Below, one piece after another: positions 15,307-20,668 of a stretch of DNA of 20,668 bases; the stretch's first letter is position 1; each line of letters starts with the position of its first letter. The notes under the pieces are model-generated. The model had not been told where the DNA came from. It searched no databases and saw nothing but the letters and a program-made list of their open reading frames with translations. This DNA is from an uncultured Nitrospiraceae bacterium (GTDB lineage Bacteria > Nitrospirota > Thermodesulfovibrionia > Thermodesulfovibrionales > Dissulfurispiraceae). The stretch spans positions 1-20,668 of the forward strand of contig CAMTVO010000033.1 of the NCBI GenBank assembly GCA_947085205.1, read 5' to 3'. Both the position numbers and the translations under genes were made by a program.

Positions 15307-17436
15307 GTGGGCTTTTTTCATGACATAAGAAGAGATTTACATGCTGTTTTTGAGCGCGACCCTGCCGCGCGGAATGTGGCGGAGGTTATACTTGCATATC
15401 CGGGCTTTCATGCCATTTTTATGCACAGAATAAATCATGTTTTGTGGAGACTTAAAATTCCGGTCATTCCGAGGCTTTTGTCCCATATTGCACGGTTTCT
15501 CACAGGCATAGAAATACACCCTGCAGCAAAGATTGGAACTGGTTTCTTCATAGACCACGGGATGGGCGTTGTGATAGGCGAGACAACAGAGATAGGCGAA
15601 GATGTGTTGCTGTATCAGGGCGTTACATTGGGCGGTACTGGAAAGGAAAAGGGAAAGAGGCATCCGACTTTGGGAAACCATGTTGTTGTAGGCGCTGGCG
15701 CAAAAATCCTAGGGCCTATAAAGATCGGCGATTATGCTAAGGTAGGTGCGAACTCTGTTGTTCTAAAATCAGTCCCTGACCATTCAGTAGTTGTCGGTGT
15801 GCCCGGAAAGATTATCAAGAAAAAGGTTATGCGCATTGAGCAGGAAGGGCTTGTTGAGGCGCTTGACCATGTAAGGCTTCCGGACCCTGTGGAAGAGGAA
15901 ATCCATGAGCTTAAAGAGCATATAGTGAGACTTGAAAGCAGAATAGAGAGATTGGAAGGCAAAGGAGAGAGGATGAAGATATTCAATACGATGACTGCCA
16001 GGAAAGAGGATTTCGTCCCGATTTTAAAAGACAAGGTTGGAATTTACGCATGCGGCGTCACTGTATATGACTACTGCCATATAGGACATGCAAGGAGCGC
16101 AGTGGTTTTTGATGTTATAAGCAGATACTTACGATACAAGGGATTTAATGTCAAATTCGTAAGGAACTTTACTGACATTGATGACAAGATAATCAAAAGG
16201 GCCAATGAAGAAGGCATCTCATGGGATGCTATTGCCCAAAAATATATTAATGCGTATTACGAAGACATGGACAAGCTCGGCATTGCAAGGGCAGATGTAG
16301 AGCCAAAGGCAACGGAACATATAAAGGAGATGATTGATGTAATCAGTGCGCTTATTAAGAAAGGTTATGCCTATGCTGTTCAGGAAGGAGAGAACCAGAG
16401 CGTTTATTTCTCGGTTGATAAATTTTCCGAATACGCAAAGCTGTCCAAGAAAGGCATGAAGGATTTGCTCGCGGGAGCGCGCGTTGATGTGGATGAAAGG
16501 AAAAAGAATCCTATGGACTTTGCCCTGTGGAAGGCTTCAAAGGAAGGAGAGCCCTGGTGGAAAAGCCCCTGGGGAAAGGGCAGGCCCGGCTGGCATATCG
16601 AGTGCACTGCAATGGCGATAAAGCATCTTGGCGAATCCATCGATATACACGGAGGCGGTGCAGACCTCATCTTCCCGCACCATGAAAACGAGATTGCGCA
16701 GTCAGAGGCATTCACAGGAAAGCCCTTTGCAAAATACTGGGTGCATAACGGCTTTATTACCATAGATAAGGAGAAGATGTCCAAGTCCCTCGGAAACTTT
16801 TTCACCATCAGAGAAATTTTGGATAAATACGATGCCGAGGTTATCAGGCTCTTCCTGCTTTCGAGCCATTACCGTAGTCCGATAGAGTTTTCCAATGAAC
16901 AACTGCATGATGCAGAAGCATCGTTGGAAAGGTATTACAGCACAATAGCAAGGATTGATGATTTTCTGTCCCATGTTCCTGAGACCACAAAAAAAGTACA
17001 GACAGCAGAACTTGAAGCCACTCTCGAAAAATTCAAGAGCAGGTTTGAAGAGGCAATGGATGACGATTTTAATACAGCGCTGGCAATCGGGCATATATTT
17101 GAGCTTGTGAGAGAGGTGAATAAATTCCTTGATTCAAAGCCTTCTGGAGAAACAGCAAATGCATTGATAAAGAGGGCAAGGAATATATTCACAACTGTTG
17201 GCGAAGTCCTTAATCTCTTTAACAGGACGCCTGCCCGGTGGAATATTGATTTGCTCAAGATTAAGGAGATTCCACTTTTAGAGTCAGACATAGGAGCCAA
17301 AATTGAGGAAAGGCGTATTGCAAGGCAGGACAAGGACTGGGCAAAGGCGGACTCCATCAGAAAAGAGCTTGAAGAAAAGGGGATAATCCTTGAGGACAAA
17401 AGGGATGGGACATCGTGGAAGGTGAAGATTATCTGA
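15307..17436 (+). CDS. cysE-cysS: In-frame fusion of serine O-acetyltransferase (CysE, aa 1-222) and cysteine--tRNA ligase (CysS, aa 223-709)
   Basis: CysE motifs [37 protein letters not shown], hexapeptide repeats, LPDP plus coiled coil. CysS motifs [37 protein letters not shown]. No stop codon between them. Confidence 0.93.
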   Translation: MGFFHDIRRDLHAVFERDPAARNVAEVILAYPGFHAIFMHRINHVLWRLKIPVIPRLLSHIARFLTGIEIHPAAKIGTGFFIDHGMGVVIGETTEIGEDVLLYQGVTLGGTGKEKGKRHPTLGNHVVVGAGAKILGPIKIGDYAKVGANSVVLKSVPDHSVVVGVPGKIIKKKVMRIEQEGLVEALDHVRLPDPVEEEIHELKEHIVRLESRIERLEGKGERMKIFNTMTARKEDFVPILKDKVGIYACGVTVYDYCHIGHARSAVVFDVISRYLRYKGFNVKFVRNFTDIDDKIIKRANEEGISWDAIAQKYINAYYEDMDKLGIARADVEPKATEHIKEMIDVISALIKKGYAYAVQEGENQSVYFSVDKFSEYAKLSKKGMKDLLAGARVDVDERKKNPMDFALWKASKEGEPWWKSPWGKGRPGWHIECTAMAIKHLGESIDIHGGGADLIFPHHENEIAQSEAFTGKPFAKYWVHNGFITIDKEKMSKSLGNFFTIREILDKYDAEVIRLFLLSSHYRSPIEFSNEQLHDAEASLERYYSTIARIDDFLSHVPETTKKVQTAELEATLEKFKSRFEEAMDDDFNTALAIGHIFELVREVNKFLDSKPSGETANALIKRARNIFTTVGEVLNLFNRTPARWNIDLLKIKEIPLLESDIGAKIEERRIARQDKDWAKADSIRKELEEKGIILEDKRDGTSWKVKII
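15973..17436 (+). CDS. cysS: Cysteine--tRNA ligase translated from an internal start (487 aa)
   Basis: AAAGGAGAGAGG (15961-15972) directly precedes the in-frame ATG at 15973. [14 protein letters not shown] is a typical CysRS N-terminus. Confidence 0.7.
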   Translation: MKIFNTMTARKEDFVPILKDKVGIYACGVTVYDYCHIGHARSAVVFDVISRYLRYKGFNVKFVRNFTDIDDKIIKRANEEGISWDAIAQKYINAYYEDMDKLGIARADVEPKATEHIKEMIDVISALIKKGYAYAVQEGENQSVYFSVDKFSEYAKLSKKGMKDLLAGARVDVDERKKNPMDFALWKASKEGEPWWKSPWGKGRPGWHIECTAMAIKHLGESIDIHGGGADLIFPHHENEIAQSEAFTGKPFAKYWVHNGFITIDKEKMSKSLGNFFTIREILDKYDAEVIRLFLLSSHYRSPIEFSNEQLHDAEASLERYYSTIARIDDFLSHVPETTKKVQTAELEATLEKFKSRFEEAMDDDFNTALAIGHIFELVREVNKFLDSKPSGETANALIKRARNIFTTVGEVLNLFNRTPARWNIDLLKIKEIPLLESDIGAKIEERRIARQDKDWAKADSIRKELEEKGIILEDKRDGTSWKVKII

Positions 17437-17449
17437 GGATAAGGAGCTC

Positions 17450-17779
17450 TTAATCCACCAACATTTCTTTGATAACAGCCTTTACTTTTTTGATTTCAGC
17501 CGGAGTGATTCTGTCCAGATGCTTGACGAGCCGCCGTCTGTCAACAGTCCTTATCTGGTCGAGGACTATCCAACCCTTTTTGTTCTGAAACATCACGGCT
17601 ACTCTTGTAGGGTATTCATGGGATTTGGTGGTCATGGGAGCTATGATTGCCGTTTGGATATTCCTGTTTATTTCATCAGGCGAGATAACAACGCATGGCC
17701 GTGTTTTCCTGATTTCATGGCCGATAACAGGATCGAGATTAACGAGGTAGACTTCGTATTGGGTTATTTCCATTCCCAA
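17450..17779 (-). CDS. PemK/MazF-family endoribonuclease toxin
   Basis: VYLVNLDPVIGHEIRKTRPCVVISPDE...IIAPMTT...LDQIRTVDRRRL. Overlaps the antitoxin 3' end. Confidence 0.93.
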   Translation of the reverse strand: MGMEITQYEVYLVNLDPVIGHEIRKTRPCVVISPDEINRNIQTAIIAPMTTKSHEYPTRVAVMFQNKKGWIVLDQIRTVDRRRLVKHLDRITPAEIKKVKAVIKEMLVD

Positions 17780-18015
17780 TCCTTTATCTCTGAATCCATG
17801 TAGTCGTCTACGAGAAGCTCATCTTCATGCCGTTCGTGCATTAGCCTGAAGGCATTGTCCCATCCCTGCCTCGGCATTGTTTTGACGGGCTTTAAGACTA
17901 TCATGTTTTTTTTCACTTCGAGGGTTACTTCATTTTCGATGTGGCACTGCTTTAATATTGTCATCGGTATTCTTATCCCTTTTGAGTTGCCTATTGATAC
18001 AAGCTTTGCTTTCAT
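17764..18015 (-). CDS. AbrB/MazE-family antitoxin (83 aa)
   Basis: MKAKLVSIGNSKGIRIP, PRQGW..AF, acidic tail EWEW-like. AGGGAG SD before ATG at 18015. Confidence 0.92.
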   Translation of the reverse strand: MKAKLVSIGNSKGIRIPMTILKQCHIENEVTLEVKKNMIVLKPVKTMPRQGWDNAFRLMHERHEDELLVDDYMDSEIKDWEWK

Positions 18016-18037
18016 AGTTAGCTCCCTAATCGTTTCT

Positions 18038-18056
18038 GTAATTATAAAGTAATTAC
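18038..18056. promoter_or_regulatory. Probable TA autoregulatory operator
   Basis: Near-palindrome gtaatta-taaag-taattac just upstream of the antitoxin start. Confidence 0.55.
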
Positions 18057-18129
18057 GCATATGAAATCAATTGTATGTATTGCCGTATTTCTTGTAAAGT
18101 ATGTGTGAAATACTTTAAGAGGTCTGTAA

Positions 18130-18879
18130 TTGAAAAAGGATAAAGGTGCAAAGGAAGAGTGGCTTTATGGTTTTAATCCTGTACTTGAGGCAATCAAGTC
18201 AGGCAGAAAGATAACCTCCATCTATATCTCGAAGCAAAGGCATGAGAATATCAGAAAAATTACAGAAGAGGCAGAAGCCAGAAAAATTCCGATAAAGTTC
18301 GCTGAAAGGGATTTCTTTGACAGCAGGTTTCATAAGGGACATCAGGGTATTGCAGCTCTTGTCGCGCAGAAGAAACTCTTAAGCATAGACGAGCTTTTAG
18401 CCATCCCTGAAAAAAGAGAGGAATCAGCTTTTTTTCTCATCCTCGACCTTATAGAAGACCCGAGGAATTTCGGCGCAATATTAAGGGTTGCCGATGCTGC
18501 AGGTGTTCATGGCGTGGTATTTCAGTCCCACAGGTCGGCAGGGATTACGCCTGCTGTCTCAAAGGCATCGGCAGGTGCACTTGAGCATGTTAATCTTGCC
18601 GAGGTCGTGAATATAAAGCACGCCATAGATAAGATGAAAAAATTGGATATTACGATAATTGGTGCAGAGGCTGGTTCGGAGCTGACGCCGTGGGATATCG
18701 ATATGAAGGCTCCTCTGGCTTTTGTCATAGGTTCAGAGGGCGAGGGATTAAGGCGGACCGTAAGGGAGATGTGTGATTTTGTGGTGAGTCTGCCCATGAG
18801 GGGAATGGTGAATTCACTGAATGTATCTGTTGCCACAGGTATCATGGCATACGAAGTTATGAGGCAGAGACTAAAGTAA
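18130..18879 (+). CDS. rlmB: 23S rRNA (guanosine-2251-2'-O)-methyltransferase
   Basis: LYGFNPVLEA, HQGI, LD.IEDPRNFGAILR, KASAGA, IGSEGEG and SLNVSVA SPOUT motifs. Usual synteny after cysS. Confidence 0.93.
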   Translation: MKKDKGAKEEWLYGFNPVLEAIKSGRKITSIYISKQRHENIRKITEEAEARKIPIKFAERDFFDSRFHKGHQGIAALVAQKKLLSIDELLAIPEKREESAFFLILDLIEDPRNFGAILRVADAAGVHGVVFQSHRSAGITPAVSKASAGALEHVNLAEVVNIKHAIDKMKKLDITIIGAEAGSELTPWDIDMKAPLAFVIGSEGEGLRRTVREMCDFVVSLPMRGMVNSLNVSVATGIMAYEVMRQRLK

Positions 18880-18938
18880 TAGAGGCAAGCCAGTCCTGCC
18901 TGCCTCAGCTTACCTATCTTTAAAAATTCATGTAGTAG

Positions 18939-18982
18939 TTGAAATTTTGTGATTGACAAGTTTATAATATCTTCCTTATATT
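18939..18982 (+). promoter_or_regulatory. Overlapping sigma70 promoters for the tRNA-tuf operon
   Basis: TTGAAA (18939)-18 bp-TATAAT (18963) and TTGACA (18953)-18 bp-TATATT (18977). Confidence 0.6.
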
Positions 18983-18995
18983 AATAAGTTATCTC

Positions 18996-19068
<73 letters not shown>

Positions 19069-19079
19069 TTTGTTTAAGC

Positions 19080-19161
<82 letters not shown>

Positions 19162-19163
19162 TG

Positions 19164-19198
19164 TAAATTTGAAATCTCAAATTTCAAATTTGAAATTT
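19164..19198. repeat. Self-complementary heptamer array between tRNA-Tyr and tRNA-Gly
   Basis: taaattt gaaatct caaattt caaattt gaaattt. 11-bp inverted repeat 19165-19175/19181-19191. Confidence 0.7.
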
Positions 19199-19206
19199 TG
19201 ATAGTT

Positions 19207-19281
19207 GCGGGAGTAGCTCAGTGGTAGAGCGTCAGCCTTCCAAGCTGAGGGTCGCGGGTTCGAATCCCGTTTCCCGCTCCA
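19207..19281 (+). tRNA. tRNA-Gly(TCC)
   Basis: gcgggag...ttcccgc, anticodon loop cttccaa, CCA encoded at 19279-19281. Confidence 0.95.
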
Positions 19282-19286
19282 TAATC

Positions 19287-19359
19287 GCCCATGTAGCTCA
19301 GTCGGCAGAGCACATCCTTGGTAAGGATGAGGTCACCGGTTCAATTCCGGTCATGGGCT
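19287..19359 (+). tRNA. tRNA-Thr(GGT)
   Basis: gcccatg...catgggc, anticodon loop ttggtaa. CCA not encoded. Confidence 0.95.
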
Positions 19360-19366
19360 TGGGAAT

Positions 19367-19453
19367 ATTGCAGATTTATGATTTATGATTGGTGATTATA
19401 AATTTAAAATTTAGAAATCGTAAATCATAAATCTGCAATCGTAAATCATAAAT
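19367..19453. repeat. Inverted heptamer arrays forming a 24-bp hairpin in the tuf leader
   Basis: attgcagatttatgatttatgatt (19367-19390) pairs with aatcgtaaatcataaatctgcaat (19416-19439) with one G-U. Further aatcgta/aatcata units run to ~19453. Confidence 0.85.
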
Positions 19454-19469
19454 TTTAAGAGGAGGAGTT

Positions 19470-20668
19470 ATGGCCAAGGCAAAATTTGAGAGGGTAAAGC
19501 CGCATGTCAACGTAGGAACAATAGGGCATGTTGACCATGGAAAGACGACACTCACAGCAGCAATAACAAAAGTATTGGCAATAAAAGGGCTTGCACAATT
19601 CAGGGCATACGACCAGATAGACAACGCACCTGAAGAAAAGGCAAGAGGAATCACCATAGCAACAGCGCACGTTGAGTATGAAACAGACAAGAGGCACTAT
19701 GCCCATGTTGACTGTCCTGGACACGCAGACTACGTCAAGAACATGATAACCGGAGCAGCGCAAATGGACGGAGCCATACTCGTAGTCAGCGCAGCAGACG
19801 GCCCGATGCCTCAGACAAGAGAGCACATTCTCCTTGCAAGGCAGGTAGGAGTGCCTTACGTAGTAGTATTCATGAACAAAGTAGACATGGTAGACGACCC
19901 TGAGCTCCTTGACCTCGTAGAGTTAGAAGTAAGAGAACTTCTCAGCAAATACGGATTTCCCGGAAACGACATACCGATAGTAAGGGGAAGCGCACTAAAG
20001 GCAATGGAGACAACAAGCAACGACTTCAACGCGCCTGAGTACAAATGCGTAATTGAGCTCATGGACGCAGTAGACAGCTACATACCCACACCGGAGAGAC
20101 CGATAGACAAACCATTCTTAATGCCTATAGAAGACGTATTCACAATCTCCGGCCGTGGAACAGTCGTAACAGGAAGGGTAGAGAGAGGAATAGTAAAGGT
20201 AGGAGAAGAAGTAGAGATAGTCGGACTGAGAGAGACAAGAAAGACAGTAGCCACCGGAGTAGAAATGTTCAGGAAACTCCTTGACGAAGGAAGGGCAGGA
20301 GACAACATCGGAGTATTGCTCAGGGGCATAGGAAAAGAAGATGTAGAAAGGGGAATGGTATTGGCAAAACCCGGCAGCATAACCCCGCACACAAAATTCA
20401 AGGCAGAAGCATACGTATTGACAAAGGAAGAAGGAGGAAGGCACACACCATTTTTCAACGGATACAGGCCGCAGTTTTACTTCAGGACAACAGACGTTAC
20501 AGGAATAGCGCACCTGCCTGAGGGAGTAGAGATGGTAATGCCCGGAGACAATATAACCATGACAATAGAACTGATAGCGCCTATAGCAATGGAGAAGGAA
20601 TTGAGATTTGCGATAAGAGAGGGCGGAAGGACAGTAGGCGCTGGAGTCGTAACTGAGGTTTTGGAGTA
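19470..20668 (+). CDS. tuf: Elongation factor Tu (399 codons; stop codon cut by the window edge)
   Basis: [53 protein letters not shown], ending [19 protein letters not shown]. Missing from the ORF track because it is open-ended. Confidence 0.98.
   Translation, partial: MAKAKFERVKPHVNVGTIGHVDHGKTTLTAAITKVLAIKGLAQFRAYDQIDNAPEEKARGITIATAHVEYETDKRHYAHVDCPGHADYVKNMITGAAQMDGAILVVSAADGPMPQTREHILLARQVGVPYVVVFMNKVDMVDDPELLDLVELEVRELLSKYGFPGNDIPIVRGSALKAMETTSNDFNAPEYKCVIELMDAVDSYIPTPERPIDKPFLMPIEDVFTISGRGTVVTGRVERGIVKVGEEVEIVGLRETRKTVATGVEMFRKLLDEGRAGDNIGVLLRGIGKEDVERGMVLAKPGSITPHTKFKAEAYVLTKEEGGRHTPFFNGYRPQFYFRTTDVTGIAHLPEGVEMVMPGDNITMTIELIAPIAMEKELRFAIREGGRTVGAGVVTEVLE

Noticed and set aside
18882..18906. 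gaggca...tgcctc hairpin after rlmB as an intrinsic terminator
   Set aside because: Imperfect stem with no U-tract, so not enough support to call.
2209..18959. Other ORFs antisense to or out of frame with the malic enzyme, FMN dehydrogenase, purL, HK/RR, RACo, cysE-cysS, mazEF and rlmB
   Set aside because: They overlap well-supported genes almost entirely and show no recognisable motifs.
19376..20513. Minus-strand ORFs (19376..19690, 19455..19826, 19856..20062, 20078..20458, 20118..20513)
   Set aside because: Antisense shadows of tuf caused by its codon bias.

Overview
Bacterial chromosomal segment of moderate-to-low GC. Gene content and style suggest an anaerobic Nitrospirota/Thermodesulfovibrionia-like or deltaproteobacteria-like organism (inference only). 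The left ~5 kb is a decay zone. It holds remnants of a type IIG-like restriction-modification gene interrupted by stacked REP-like palindromes, an intact RHH antitoxin whose PIN toxin is cut after 8 codons and joined to a PLD-nuclease fragment, an internally deleted AEC transporter upstream of an ACT-domain malic enzyme, a ~238-bp MITE-like element, an FMN alpha-hydroxy-acid dehydrogenase and a truncated endonuclease V. The middle has a large-type purL with in-frame 7/8-mer repeat insertions, a sigma54 two-component module (HK, RR, -24/-12 promoter, enhancer sites, ZraP/Spy-like and OB-fold periplasmic targets) and a RACo/ASKHA [2Fe-2S] protein. The right side has an in-frame cysE-cysS fusion that keeps an internal Shine-Dalgarno/ATG for cysS, a MazEF-type TA pair, rlmB, the tRNA cluster Thr-Tyr-Gly-Thr, and tuf running to the window edge. 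Most notable are the CysE-CysRS fusion, a recurring architecture of inverted heptamer tandem arrays, and a ~157-nt rod-like RNA candidate upstream of purL.
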